Origin: a virus
Virus record (IMG/VR): IMGVR_UViG_3300042542_004852
DNA length: 64,000 nt
Direction: 5' to 3' (one strand)
A program made the translations under genes and the position numbers. A model generated the notes under the pieces. The model saw nothing but the letters and a program-made list of their open reading frames with translations, made no database searches and was not told where the DNA came from. Below are positions 30,346 through 41,217 of the stretch, piece by piece (position 1 is the first letter of the stretch; every line of letters starts with the position of its first letter).

Positions 30346-31145
30346 TATAAATATCCTATGTAATTGTTAACAATACTCAGTGAACTATCAGAGCTTGAGG
30401 AAAGCTGCTGAGAAATTTCCTGAATATTAGGAATAGTTAAATGAATCATTTCACTATTATTATCTCTGCTTTTGACTGAAATATCAAATTGTTTTTGTTC
30501 TGCGCTAGTTAAAAAGAATTCGTGGTTTTCTAAAGTCATATTAGAAGCATCAAAAGTGAGCGAAGCAGAGACGTTAACTGGCGGCAAAAATACCACCTCA
30601 TCAACTTCTTTTGCGCTATCAAGAGAATAAATTCCTTGGCGATTAATTGAATACTCGAAAGAAAAACTTTTTACTCTATTGTTTGATGTGTTATCTCCAG
30701 AAACAGAGATTGACCTTGGGCTTGGAATAAAAAGACTTGGATGCTCTTGCGTTTTTAAAACTTCTAGCGATGGTTCTAATTTTCCATAAACAGTGATGCC
30801 GCAAGAGATTGAAGGAATCTCGCCAACCGTGCAGGAAATGCCATATTGGTTCAAGAACCCGCTTGTAAATCCATAAGATTTTCCGTTATAACTTAAACTG
30901 CCAGAAAAACTAGAGTCGCCAGTAAAAGCCAAAAGCGGGTCTTGGTACAACATGCTGCGCTGTAAAGATATTTCGGCTTGGATTGGATTGTTGAGATTAT
31001 AGCCATAAGTTGATCCTAGTGTTAAAGAATTTTCTAATGGGACACTGTAATTAATACTGATGCTCTCAACTCCAGAAAGTTGATAGCCATTAACAACAAA
31101 AACTTGATCGTATGGTTGAACTGAAAGTGATCGGTCTATGCTCAT
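30345..31145 (-). CDS. Tail-tube-like/distal tail protein
   Basis: Follows the tape measure gene; RQGIYSL...PPVNVSASLTF motif shared with the major tail protein. Confidence 0.6.
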   Translation of the reverse strand: MSIDRSLSVQPYDQVFVVNGYQLSGVESISINYSVPLENSLTLGSTYGYNLNNPIQAEISLQRSMLYQDPLLAFTGDSSFSGSLSYNGKSYGFTSGFLNQYGISCTVGEIPSISCGITVYGKLEPSLEVLKTQEHPSLFIPSPRSISVSGDNTSNNRVKSFSFEYSINRQGIYSLDSAKEVDEVVFLPPVNVSASLTFDASNMTLENHEFFLTSAEQKQFDISVKSRDNNSEMIHLTIPNIQEISQQLSSSSDSSLSIVNNYIGYL

Positions 31146-34100
31146 CGTGATTTTTCAAGCGATCCTCCTAGTCTTTTTTCTTGAGCGATAACATCTAACA
31201 CAGCTTGGCGGATTTTCTTTTGAAGCTCTCTATCTCTTTCATTCATATCCGCAGGGTTTTCTTCCTGTTGATCAGTGGATGAAACATTAACAACCACATT
31301 GCTCTGAGAAGAGTTTGAAGTTGTCTGAATCAGTTCGTCAAGTTTGGAAATTAAAGCTTGAGTCATTTCAGCAGAAGAGCTTTCGCTGCCAACTGATTGA
31401 CCGTTGTTTAACTTATTAAGGTTTTGAACACCAAGGCGTTGAGTGGCGCGATTGTTGAGAACAAATTCGCCACCAGTAAGCATCGCTGGAACGTCGTCTT
31501 TGGTTCCAGAGCCACCAGAAATTAAACCGCCAGAAGCGCGTTTTATATATGGATTATAACGACCATCTGTTGAGTAAGGGACTATCTCCTGTTGTATATA
31601 TGATGGTAATGGTAGAAGAGAATTGTCTGAGCCGCTGCCCTGAGCTTTCGGGCCTGAACTTTTATTGAAAAAACCTTTGAATTGAGAAAACAAATTGGCC
31701 AAACTAAATTTCTTCAAGAAAGAATTGTTAGTTTGTAAATTTGTGCTTTCTGTTATCGTAGGTTGTAGTGTTGACGACATTACTCCTTGAACTGACTGGC
31801 TTGCTATATTCCCACTCATTGCATTTTGCCTAGCGATAGCTAAATCAGAAAGCTGAGTTCCTGTTCCTTTAAAAATATTAGCTAATCCACCTTGACCACC
31901 TGCACCAGTGAACATGCCTTTTGCTCCAGCCATGAATTTTGCTCCAAAGCCAAAGGTTTTTCCACCAGCGGCAGCGGTTTTTGCACCAGAAGCAATAGCA
32001 TTTTTTGCTCCAGACAGCATGGCACTACCAGCAAAATTAAGAGCAGTAGATGCAACTGCTGAAATGATTGCCATTTGTAATTGTTTTTTACGAGCTTTTT
32101 TATCTTTGGCAATTTGATCCAACAATTGAGAGTATTCTTTTTCTTTTTGTAATCCTTGTAAATAAACTCCAAAAGCCTCATCTTTTGACTGCTGAACTCT
32201 TTCAAACATTGGGCTGTTCTCTCTGCCGAAAGAAGAGAGTCGAGCGCTTTCTGGCTCCAAGCCAACGCTTGCGCCACTCATTCCAAAGCCGCCCATGTAG
32301 TCATATTGACCACCAGTAAAGCTTTGGGTTGCAAAAGTGAGAAGTTCGTTTTTGCCAGTGATTGCGCCTTGGCCATAGTCGCCAGGAGTAAAGAATCCAC
32401 TACGGCCAGTTTGTGTTGGGAATGTTTCTGGATCAACTAAACCGCCAGTGGCGTAGCCGCGCATGTTGCCGCTGTTGATGGCATCAAGGAATCCTTTGCC
32501 GTATTTATTGACAGCAGATTTTTTCACAACATATTCGCCGCCCATGAGCATTGCTGGCACATCGTCTTTGGTTCCAGAGCCGCCTTTAATAAAACCGCCA
32601 GAAGCTTTGGTGGTTACACCGCCAGGGAAAGCTGATTTTAAAGCACTAAACCCAGTATTCGCCAAGCTTCCCAACCCACCAGTAACCATGTCAGCAAGGT
32701 TAGAAATGTTCTTGCGTGTGATTTCTTGGAAGAAACTTGTGGCAGCGTCAGTGAGCGCTGTTTTAAGGTCTTTCGCGCCACTGATTGCATCGTTCAATCC
32801 TTGAGCAAGATTAGAAGAGAACAAGTTCGGAATCTCTTCGCCAAGAGTTGTGCGATAGTTGTCAATGCGTTCTTGAATAGTGTCCAAGCCTTTTTCGAAG
32901 CCTCTTCCGCCGCTTCTTTGTTCTGCGGTTTGTTTATTTTTTAGATCAGCAAGCTCTTCAACTGTTGCTCCCTGCTCTTTAAGAGCTAAAAACTCTTTTA
33001 AATATTTTAATTCATATTCTAGTTCGCGGCGACGAGTGGCAGATTCAGCAGTGGCAAGTTCAAATCCTTTTTCGCGTAAAGCTGTTTGAGCAGCGATAGT
33101 GGCTAAATCTTGTTCTCCGCCCTGCTTTGGAGCTTTAGAAATAACGTCTTGCTTGATTAAATTAGAAGCAAGATCATTCGGGTTAGTGGATTGTAATGCT
33201 CCAAATTTAAGATCAGCAAGTTCTCTAGGAAGCGATCCAAAATAATCTCTAATACGCTGACTGAGCATGAGTGAAACATCTGACATCTCACCAATGCTTT
33301 GAGACAGTTCTTGTGTTGCTGTTTTTGCTTTTTCTGTCGCTACAGTAGCTCTATCATTAGCTAATGTTCCTTGTTGATTTAAATCAGTACCTTTTGCTGT
33401 AGATTTGTTATTTTCATCTTGAGCTTCGGTCATTTTTTCAGTAAGTTCTTTTCTTCGCTGTTCAATTTCAGCTAAACGTTTGGCGCTTTCAGGAGTTAAT
33501 CCTGATGTTCCAGGCTGAGGCAAACTATCTAATTGATCTTGTAAATTTTTAATTGCTAAATCTGCTAGTGCTTTGTCTTGATCAGTAAAATTCCCGTTTT
33601 TTATTTCTTGCGCATTTTTCAACTCTGACATTATTTTTTCCTTGGCGAGTGCGGTCAAAATAATACTAGAAAATTTTTCAGCACTGCCAACAATAGTAAC
33701 ATCAAACATGTCTGCTGTTAATTTAGTTTGCGCAAAAGCTAAATCAGAAGCTTTTTTTTCTGCATCTTGTATGTTTTTAGCAATATCATTTAACGATGTT
33801 TGTCCAATAAATTGTAAAGCTCCAATCTGTTCCTTTGTATTTTCACCTGTTAGTGGCGAGGTCAGGGCCGATTGTTGTGCATTATAGATTTGATTGCGAA
33901 TATCTCTTTTTTGATTAAAAGGTAAACTATCTGGTATTTCGCTTTGCAAGTTAGAAAGCTCGTCAGAAATAGTTTTTCTAAAATCAGTAATGACATCTTG
34001 TATTTCTCTATCTCTAGTAACAGAAACCCTGTCCTTTTGTTTGGAAAGTTTTGCCGATTCACTTAGGCCAATTAAACTTCTTTCAAATTTAGTATCTTCA

Positions 34101-37100
34101 ATTTCTCTACGAGTTTTTAAAATTTCTTGATCAAGCCCAAAAGTTTTTTCTAAAGTTTTTACTTGTTTTTCTATAGCTTTAGTAAGTTTTTCTTCCGCAA
34201 GTGAGCGTTGATCAATGAGAGTTTTATTAGCAAAATCTAATTTTGCCTGAGCTTGTTTTAGTTTTAACTGTCTATCTAATTCAAGATTTGTTTTCTTATT
34301 TTGTTCGTATTCTTTCGCCGCTGCTTCAGGATCAATAAATGATATTAATCCTTTTTCTTGTATTAATCTAACTAACTCTTCTGCGGAACCCTGTGATTTT
34401 GCAAGAAAATCCTGAACTTCCTTTAAGCCAGATAGCGTTTTTTCATCAACTGCGCTACTGCCAATACCACTTGTCAATTTTTCAGATACGCTAGTGTTAA
34501 TTTTTTCTAATTGAGCAGCAAGATTTTTAGCTTTTTCAGCTCCAGTGTCTAACTCAATTTCTTTTAAAGAATTCTGAAACTCTCCGAAACTTTTTGCAGT
34601 ATTTGAAAGAGAAGAATCTAATTCCAAAAGAGTTTTATTTGAAAATTTAGAAAACGCGGTATCTAAATCAATTTTTAAAATGCTATCTCTAAGAGCGTTG
34701 TACTCAGAAGCTAACGATGCAACTAAAATTTCATTTTCTTTTAATCTATTAATTACAGATTTAGTCTGTTCGCTTGATAATTTTTGAGCATCTGCGAAAT
34801 CCTTTGCTCTTTTGATATTTTCTCCAATAATAACTGATTCTTTTAAGAATATATTTAATCTATCTTGATTTTCCTGTGTAGATAAATCTATTTTTCTTGC
34901 TCCGCCTTTGGAAAGATTCCCTTGGATAAAAGCCTCTGTTTGTCCAGCTATGTTTTCTTTATTTATTCCTCTGGCAGCATATCCAGCATTGATAGACTGA
35001 ATTACTTTTGTAATTTCATCCTCTGCCAAGGTATTGCCTGCGGCGTTTTCATAGGTTTTTCCTGCAAAAGAAACTTGATCCCTTAATCCAAGAGAAGTAA
35101 TTTCTCTTCCTATTTCTGTCCAAGTTCTACTATTAAAACCTTTATTAGCTACATTTAGAGCCTCTTTACCAAAATCGGTAAGAGAAGAAGTGACTTCATT
35201 TACTGATTGATCAAGCCTGTCAAAAGCAACTGACATGTCTTTTTTGAAGAATCCTTTAACTCCTTCGCCAATAGTATTTGCAATATAAGCGGCAGTTAAA
35301 ACTTGTCCAACAACAGGAATAGCTTTTGTAGTTGCTGCGCCAATTTTTGATAAACGACCACCTATGCCACTAATAGCACCAGCAATAGGCTTGGCTCCAA
35401 GTATTTTTTTGAATGGTGCGGATACTTTATCTCCTAAGCCTTTTAAAATATCTTGACCACCTTTAAAGCTGGATAAAAAGAAATACATTTGAGACAATCC
35501 GCCAATAACCTGAGTCAAGCTTTGTCCAAATTTTGCAGCAGTTCCTCCAGCCTCTTCCAAACCAGTAGTTAAAAATGTCATAGCGCTTTGAGCAATAATT
35601 AATTTACCAGCTAAATCAGCAAAGCCCTCTTTCGCTTCTTTTGGAGCTTGTACAAGCTGATTTTGAGCAGCTTGAAAAGCTTTTAAACCAGCACCAGTCT
35701 GAGTATTTAATTTATTTTTATTAACTTGAATGCCTGTTACGAATTTTTCAAGTTCCTTAATCGCATCTTCTTGCGTGATTTTATTTTTAGCTAATTTTTT
35801 ATTAATTTCATCAATTAAATTTGCAAAACCTGTAAGTTGTTGATTGACTGATTTTGGTAAAGATGCTCCAAAAGCTTTTCGATCAATTGGCGCAGGAGCA
35901 AAATTCGGCACAAATCCATTTGCCGCGCCATAAAGCTTTGGATTCACGCCTTCCTTGCGTGCGCGAGCGATGCCTTGGAAACCGCCAGCAGGCTCGTCTC
36001 TTCGATTGGCCACCATTAACCCCATTGGGTTCATGGATGATTTTAAAGCAGCGCTTTGATCAACATAGATTTGTGAATCTGAAAGACCAGCGCTTTTTTC
36101 GCGAGCAATAGCTTGCTGTAAAGCAGCAGCAGCAAAGTTTGGAACGTAACCAGCGGAGGCATTAAACTTTTGTATGCCACCAGCTTTTTTTAGTTTTTCA
36201 ATACTTTCTAGTGAAACTTTTCCTTCGAAGTTTCTTGCAATTGCAAAATTAAAAAGTCCTTTTGATGCGCTTGTGCTCTGTAAAGTTCTCAAAACATCTT
36301 TTTCACTGCGAATTTGAGAAGTTGGGCCTGGCGCTTTAGTTGGTTTTATTAATTTTTCAACGTTTTTTTGACTTTGTTCTTTATAAATTTTAGATGCAAA
36401 ACTTTCTCTAGTAGAATCATTATCGGCGTATTTAGCCTCAACAAAATCAACAGTATTAGGAATTCCAAAAAATTTATTAAATTTTGAGTTGGCTACTCCT
36501 TTAAAGTCAAAAAGAGCATTTGAATTTCTCTCTGATTGAGCTTTTAATAGTTCTTCGTCTTGAAGAGCGGAGCTAATAGCACTTTCAAAAATAGAACCAA
36601 CCAAACTTGGAACAGAGCCTTTATTAGATAATTGAGTAGCCGCTATTGGAGATAAAGGTTTACCAATAAGATCATTCGAGTAGTCAGAAGCATCTTGCAA
36701 AGCTAAATCGGTATATTTTTTTTCTAAGCTTTGAGAGCTGTATTTTTGATTAAATTTTTGCAGCTTACTTGTATTTTTCAAACTCTCAATATCTTGAATT
36801 CCATAAATATCAGCTAAGTAGCTGACTCTTTCGCCGTCTCTAGGTTTATAAGAAATTAATTGTTTTTTTCTAGCGCCTCCTAAATCATTAACAAGCATTG
36901 CGTACTTGTCGCCAGTCTTTTCAACCCCTAAATCTTCTGAAGCTAAGACTTTTTCTTTTGAGCGCAATATTTCAAATCTCTTCTTTGATGTAGCTGGGTC
37001 TGCTAATTGAACGCTTTTTTGCAAAGCTCTAATAAATTTAAAATTATTTTTTTCAATTTTTAAAGACCCGCTCAATTGAGCGGCACTTCTAACATCTCCT

Positions 37101-39379
37101 CCTGTTAAGCCTTGAATTTGTCTTACTTTTCTGCGGTTTTCTATCTCTTCATTAGAGACGCCTAAATAAGTTATTTTACCTCCAGAACGCAATGATGCAT
37201 TAAGTATTGATTCAAATTTTTTACTTAATCCTGTTTCGGTTTTGCTAAGTCCAGCAGCAGATAAAATTGTAAAAGAACTAGCTCTTCTAACATCTTCAAG
37301 AGAAGAAATAAAAGTGCCTAAACTTTTGGCATAGGTGCTTTTACCTGCTCCAGAAGGAGCAACTAAAACATCTTTTTTCTTGGTTGATGCTAAAACATTT
37401 TCAAGAATTAGTTTTTTATTTTCTCCTAAAAAACGATCTGAATCATAAATATAATTGCCAGCAAAATTAGGAACAAATCCACCAGCCGCACTAATCTTCT
37501 TTGCTCCCGCTGGCAAGCCTATGCTCTTCACCATGTCTTGATTAAAGATGGCAGAACCGCCGCCAGCATAATTAGGAACAATGTACTCGCTTGTATTGGC
37601 AATCATTGTGCCGCGTTTGCCGCCGCCAAACGCAAAGTTTGGAATAGAAACAACTTTGGAACTTGGCGAGGCTCCACCTACGCCACGACGAACATCTGAA
37701 GCTTCTTGCGCTGGCAAGTATCCGCCAGCAGCTTTGCTTTTGCGCTGTAATCCTTCAGATGTTGCGCGGTATCCTTGAGCATAAACTGGTGAAGCGATGC
37801 CTCCAGCCACACCCTGAATAGTTTGCATAGCAGCGGCCTGTTGATTCAAAAGCCCTAAGAATTTTAACGCTTGTGCATTTTGTCCGCCCTGAGTACTTAA
37901 AATAGCGTTTGCAATACCTTGATTTCTTATCAGTGTTTGAACAATAGATTCTTGCACCAGCTTTTGATCAGCAGCAGCTTTTCCAATACCAAAAAACGCT
38001 TTTAAGCTTTGAAGGCCAAATTTAGCTAAATCAAGAGACAGCTTACCAATAATTGCCAAGAAAATTCCAAGACCAGGACCGCTTAATACACCACCAATAC
38101 CTTTAACAAAACCCTTGGCAAAATTAGAACCAAGATCGTCTCCTTGTAAGAGACTGTTCGCGCCCTCTAAGAAAGAATTAATTCCATCTAAAAGACCGTT
38201 AAGATTATCAGTTAATCCTAATTCTCCTAATATGCTTCCTAATTGCTTACCAGTATTAGCGACCTTATTAAGAATAGCATCAAGAGATTGATTTAATTTT
38301 TCATTAGCAACATAAGCTTCATTTGTGGCTCCTGCTGATTTTTTAGTCGCTTCAGCAGCAATGCTATTTTTTTTAGTCAAATCACCAACAAGGGCAATTA
38401 ATTGGTTAATTTGGAAAGTTCCAGCTATGTCTTTAAAAATTCCACTTTGAGTAAGTTTGCTAAATCCTTGTACGTCATTAGCAAGATTTTGTAAAATCTT
38501 CGATGCTGGAAGAATTTCACCTGATAAATCTTGAACTATAATACCAACCCCTTTTAATTTTTCTAATTTATCCACTTCTCCCAATCGGGTAAAAATAGTT
38601 TTAAGGGAGTTTCCAATTACAGCACCACCGCGAGATGTGTCAGCTTGTAAAGCAGTGACAATACCAGCCAACTCATCAAATGTGACTCCAGCCTGTTGTG
38701 CCGCAGCACCAGTTCTTTCAAAAGCTTGTATCAAGTCAGCAGAAGAAACTTTGAAGGCTTGGTCAACCGCAGCAAGTTTATTTAAAATTCGAGAAGCTGA
38801 AAGACCTTCTCTTGCAAATGCGCTAACTGCCGCACTCAAACCTTCAACTGATTTTGTTGTTTCTAAACCAGTAGTTCTAGTTAATATAAGGGCATCTTTT
38901 GTTCTGCTCAAAGTATCCTCTAATTTCAAACCTTGTCGAGAAAACTCTAGAGCAGCTTTGGAAACTTCACTAAAACTTTGACCAGTCTCTTTTGCAATAT
39001 TAAAAAGACCTTGGCTAAGCTCTTTTGTTTTGCCAGTGAATTGATCACCAACAACAGAGATTGCAGTAATAGCCTTCTCCACTTCAATTGTGGAGCTAAC
39101 AAGACTTTTAAAAGCGTTTGTTACAGCGTTAACAACACCAACAGAAGCTCCGAAAGCAAGAACGCGAGCATTTGCAGCGTCGAGAGACTTTGTGAACTCA
39201 TCTGCTTGGCCAGTTAAACGGCCAAGGGGCTGAGAAAGAGAGCTGAATGCTTTTGCGCCACTTGCCCCGCCCAAATTAAATTTAACTTTATTAACAGCGC
39301 TTTGACAAACACCTTGTAAATAGGTAGCTGCTTGATCTGCGTTTTGAAACTGTGCGTTAAGAGGGACATTTATAGCCAT
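31142..39379 (-). CDS. Tail tape measure protein (TP901-like core) with internal cargo domains
   Basis: 2745 aa; AALEFSRQG, RGGAVIGNSLKTIFTRL TMP core, coiled coils, ASGG..GSGTKDDVPAML..GE motifs. Confidence 0.92.
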   Translation of the reverse strand: MAINVPLNAQFQNADQAATYLQGVCQSAVNKVKFNLGGASGAKAFSSLSQPLGRLTGQADEFTKSLDAANARVLAFGASVGVVNAVTNAFKSLVSSTIEVEKAITAISVVGDQFTGKTKELSQGLFNIAKETGQSFSEVSKAALEFSRQGLKLEDTLSRTKDALILTRTTGLETTKSVEGLSAAVSAFAREGLSASRILNKLAAVDQAFKVSSADLIQAFERTGAAAQQAGVTFDELAGIVTALQADTSRGGAVIGNSLKTIFTRLGEVDKLEKLKGVGIIVQDLSGEILPASKILQNLANDVQGFSKLTQSGIFKDIAGTFQINQLIALVGDLTKKNSIAAEATKKSAGATNEAYVANEKLNQSLDAILNKVANTGKQLGSILGELGLTDNLNGLLDGINSFLEGANSLLQGDDLGSNFAKGFVKGIGGVLSGPGLGIFLAIIGKLSLDLAKFGLQSLKAFFGIGKAAADQKLVQESIVQTLIRNQGIANAILSTQGGQNAQALKFLGLLNQQAAAMQTIQGVAGGIASPVYAQGYRATSEGLQRKSKAAGGYLPAQEASDVRRGVGGASPSSKVVSIPNFAFGGGKRGTMIANTSEYIVPNYAGGGSAIFNQDMVKSIGLPAGAKKISAAGGFVPNFAGNYIYDSDRFLGENKKLILENVLASTKKKDVLVAPSGAGKSTYAKSLGTFISSLEDVRRASSFTILSAAGLSKTETGLSKKFESILNASLRSGGKITYLGVSNEEIENRRKVRQIQGLTGGDVRSAAQLSGSLKIEKNNFKFIRALQKSVQLADPATSKKRFEILRSKEKVLASEDLGVEKTGDKYAMLVNDLGGARKKQLISYKPRDGERVSYLADIYGIQDIESLKNTSKLQKFNQKYSSQSLEKKYTDLALQDASDYSNDLIGKPLSPIAATQLSNKGSVPSLVGSIFESAISSALQDEELLKAQSERNSNALFDFKGVANSKFNKFFGIPNTVDFVEAKYADNDSTRESFASKIYKEQSQKNVEKLIKPTKAPGPTSQIRSEKDVLRTLQSTSASKGLFNFAIARNFEGKVSLESIEKLKKAGGIQKFNASAGYVPNFAAAALQQAIAREKSAGLSDSQIYVDQSAALKSSMNPMGLMVANRRDEPAGGFQGIARARKEGVNPKLYGAANGFVPNFAPAPIDRKAFGASLPKSVNQQLTGFANLIDEINKKLAKNKITQEDAIKELEKFVTGIQVNKNKLNTQTGAGLKAFQAAQNQLVQAPKEAKEGFADLAGKLIIAQSAMTFLTTGLEEAGGTAAKFGQSLTQVIGGLSQMYFFLSSFKGGQDILKGLGDKVSAPFKKILGAKPIAGAISGIGGRLSKIGAATTKAIPVVGQVLTAAYIANTIGEGVKGFFKKDMSVAFDRLDQSVNEVTSSLTDFGKEALNVANKGFNSRTWTEIGREITSLGLRDQVSFAGKTYENAAGNTLAEDEITKVIQSINAGYAARGINKENIAGQTEAFIQGNLSKGGARKIDLSTQENQDRLNIFLKESVIIGENIKRAKDFADAQKLSSEQTKSVINRLKENEILVASLASEYNALRDSILKIDLDTAFSKFSNKTLLELDSSLSNTAKSFGEFQNSLKEIELDTGAEKAKNLAAQLEKINTSVSEKLTSGIGSSAVDEKTLSGLKEVQDFLAKSQGSAEELVRLIQEKGLISFIDPEAAAKEYEQNKKTNLELDRQLKLKQAQAKLDFANKTLIDQRSLAEEKLTKAIEKQVKTLEKTFGLDQEILKTRREIEDTKFERSLIGLSESAKLSKQKDRVSVTRDREIQDVITDFRKTISDELSNLQSEIPDSLPFNQKRDIRNQIYNAQQSALTSPLTGENTKEQIGALQFIGQTSLNDIAKNIQDAEKKASDLAFAQTKLTADMFDVTIVGSAEKFSSIILTALAKEKIMSELKNAQEIKNGNFTDQDKALADLAIKNLQDQLDSLPQPGTSGLTPESAKRLAEIEQRRKELTEKMTEAQDENNKSTAKGTDLNQQGTLANDRATVATEKAKTATQELSQSIGEMSDVSLMLSQRIRDYFGSLPRELADLKFGALQSTNPNDLASNLIKQDVISKAPKQGGEQDLATIAAQTALREKGFELATAESATRRRELEYELKYLKEFLALKEQGATVEELADLKNKQTAEQRSGGRGFEKGLDTIQERIDNYRTTLGEEIPNLFSSNLAQGLNDAISGAKDLKTALTDAATSFFQEITRKNISNLADMVTGGLGSLANTGFSALKSAFPGGVTTKASGGFIKGGSGTKDDVPAMLMGGEYVVKKSAVNKYGKGFLDAINSGNMRGYATGGLVDPETFPTQTGRSGFFTPGDYGQGAITGKNELLTFATQSFTGGQYDYMGGFGMSGASVGLEPESARLSSFGRENSPMFERVQQSKDEAFGVYLQGLQKEKEYSQLLDQIAKDKKARKKQLQMAIISAVASTALNFAGSAMLSGAKNAIASGAKTAAAGGKTFGFGAKFMAGAKGMFTGAGGQGGLANIFKGTGTQLSDLAIARQNAMSGNIASQSVQGVMSSTLQPTITESTNLQTNNSFLKKFSLANLFSQFKGFFNKSSGPKAQGSGSDNSLLPLPSYIQQEIVPYSTDGRYNPYIKRASGGLISGGSGTKDDVPAMLTGGEFVLNNRATQRLGVQNLNKLNNGQSVGSESSSAEMTQALISKLDELIQTTSNSSQSNVVVNVSSTDQQEENPADMNERDRELQKKIRQAVLDVIAQEKRLGGSLEKSR

Positions 39380-39400
39380 ACCTTATTCCTTAAAAGGTTA

Positions 39401-40381
39401 TTACACCTTTTGTCCCATAACTTCCATCATTTGTTCCATATTTAATTGTCCATTATTTTTCTTCAACAGTTCCGAAAGCGAAACTTTCTTAGCTTCTGGA
39501 TCAACAAAATCTAAATCTTCTTTTTTAGAGTTAAAGAGAGCAGTGGCAGAATTATCTTTCGCAGAGTTTGAGAGCTTTGTTTTGTTTCGGCTGCTTTCGG
39601 CGAAATCTATGAGGGCTTTTGGGTCTTTGCGAATAGAATCTGGAATCTTGTCAACGTTTTGGAAAATGTTTAAAAACATTCTGCCATAAGCAATAACTTT
39701 GAGTTGATACAGCGAAAACTTAATCAAAGGCTTGGCGAAAAAATCCCAAGGCTTCTCACAGTGGCTTAAATACAAGCTAAAACAGTCTTGTAAAACAGCA
39801 TGCTGAATATTCTCGTCAGAGAATTTGTTCATGATATTGTAGTAAGAGTCCATGAGTGACGAAAGCTCACTGTTATCTAGTTCGCCAAAGTCTTCATCTG
39901 AAAAAAGCAGTTTTGTAGTTTGCTCGTCGCTGTATAGAAGATTTCTTAAAAAATCTTCGTTGGATCGGTTGTTCGCATACTCTGTGGCAGTCTTGCCTAC
40001 GAGTTGTTTTTTTTGACTTTTTAATTCAAAAAGTTTAAATTTTTCTTCATCAATTAATTTTTGATGACCTTCTTTTTGAGAAGGCAGCATCAGCTTGCTC
40101 TTTGTCTTCTCTAGGTTTTGCACGAAGCTTTCTAGCTCTAAGATTTTATTTTCATCATCTTTGCTCCAAGTGCCATCTCTGTCTAGTCGCGCTAATACAT
40201 CTTTTTCTTCTTGGATGCCTTTTGCAATGGCTCGATTTTTATGTTGTTCGAAATTATTATTTAAGAACTCTTGATCCTTTAATGAAAAATGGCGCAAAAA
40301 CACGGTTTGATCTTTAAAATCAAACCGTGTGTATCCATCAAAAATCTCGTTAACAATCTCTATGTAAAGATTGTCATTCAA
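39401..40381 (-). CDS. Putative tail assembly chaperone
   Basis: Position immediately upstream of the tape measure gene. Confidence 0.55.
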   Translation of the reverse strand: MNDNLYIEIVNEIFDGYTRFDFKDQTVFLRHFSLKDQEFLNNNFEQHKNRAIAKGIQEEKDVLARLDRDGTWSKDDENKILELESFVQNLEKTKSKLMLPSQKEGHQKLIDEEKFKLFELKSQKKQLVGKTATEYANNRSNEDFLRNLLYSDEQTTKLLFSDEDFGELDNSELSSLMDSYYNIMNKFSDENIQHAVLQDCFSLYLSHCEKPWDFFAKPLIKFSLYQLKVIAYGRMFLNIFQNVDKIPDSIRKDPKALIDFAESSRNKTKLSNSAKDNSATALFNSKKEDLDFVDPEAKKVSLSELLKKNNGQLNMEQMMEVMGQKV

Positions 40382-41202
40382 GACTTAGCTTTTTTCTTTT
40401 TTGGCGAATCTTCTTTTGGCAACTCTTCTTTTGGGGACTCTTCTTTCTGGGGAGTTTCCGAATCTCCTTTGTCTTCAAACAAGCCATCGAAATCTTCTTT
40501 ATTGGAAGTTTGGTTATAAAACCAAAAAGCTGCAACATTGGAAATCTTTCGGGCGATCTCAAAATAAAGAGGGTCTTCTTGCTCTTCTTTTTGATAGTAG
40601 TCTTCGAGACGATCTTCAAAGTCTTCGCCACTAAAATATGGCTTTGGCTTGTCTTGATTCTCTTTTTGAATATAAGTGAGATTGATGATGTACCAAATAA
40701 GAAGACGATTTTGAGCCTTCATGTCGGCAGTGTGATCAAAGAGAGACTGATAAGCCATTTCAGTCTTGACAATTTGATCGCGAACCTGAGCCATCTCAAG
40801 AGAGACAGCTTCAGTTTTCTTTTTGCGATTATCGTCAGTCTTGTTGACGGTTTCGTTTTCAGTATATTCTCTCTGTAGTTCCAAGAGCTTTTGATAGTTC
40901 TGGTAAAGAGTTTTTGCTTCTGTTTCGCTCATCAAGCCGCCAGTGTCAGAATACTTTTTGACAAGCATTGCTTTGGTAAGAATGCCTTTTTTAATGCAGC
41001 GGGACATTTCCACGCTATATTCCAAATCAGCTTCTTCGATTTGACGGCGCGAAGGCTTCTTGAGAAACACCTTGATGGGAGATTTCTCGCTTACTTTTTT
41101 AGTTACCTTCACTTCATTGCCTTGTTCGTCGTTTGAGACGGACTCAACAGGTTTCTCGACTGTTTCATAAACAGTAAAATTGTAGATGTCTTTGAATTCC
41201 AT
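40378..41202 (-). CDS. Putative tail assembly chaperone
   Basis: Position; helical, with charged C-terminal PKEE repeats. Confidence 0.5.
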   Translation of the reverse strand: MEFKDIYNFTVYETVEKPVESVSNDEQGNEVKVTKKVSEKSPIKVFLKKPSRRQIEEADLEYSVEMSRCIKKGILTKAMLVKKYSDTGGLMSETEAKTLYQNYQKLLELQREYTENETVNKTDDNRKKKTEAVSLEMAQVRDQIVKTEMAYQSLFDHTADMKAQNRLLIWYIINLTYIQKENQDKPKPYFSGEDFEDRLEDYYQKEEQEDPLYFEIARKISNVAAFWFYNQTSNKEDFDGLFEDKGDSETPQKEESPKEELPKEDSPKKKKAKS

Positions 41203-41217
41203 ATTCCTTGTTATATA

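Noticed and set aside
39401-41202. Tail-chaperone programmed frameshift (lambda G/GT type)
   Set aside because: The two genes overlap by ATGA with a normal start; no convincing slippery site could be assigned by eye.
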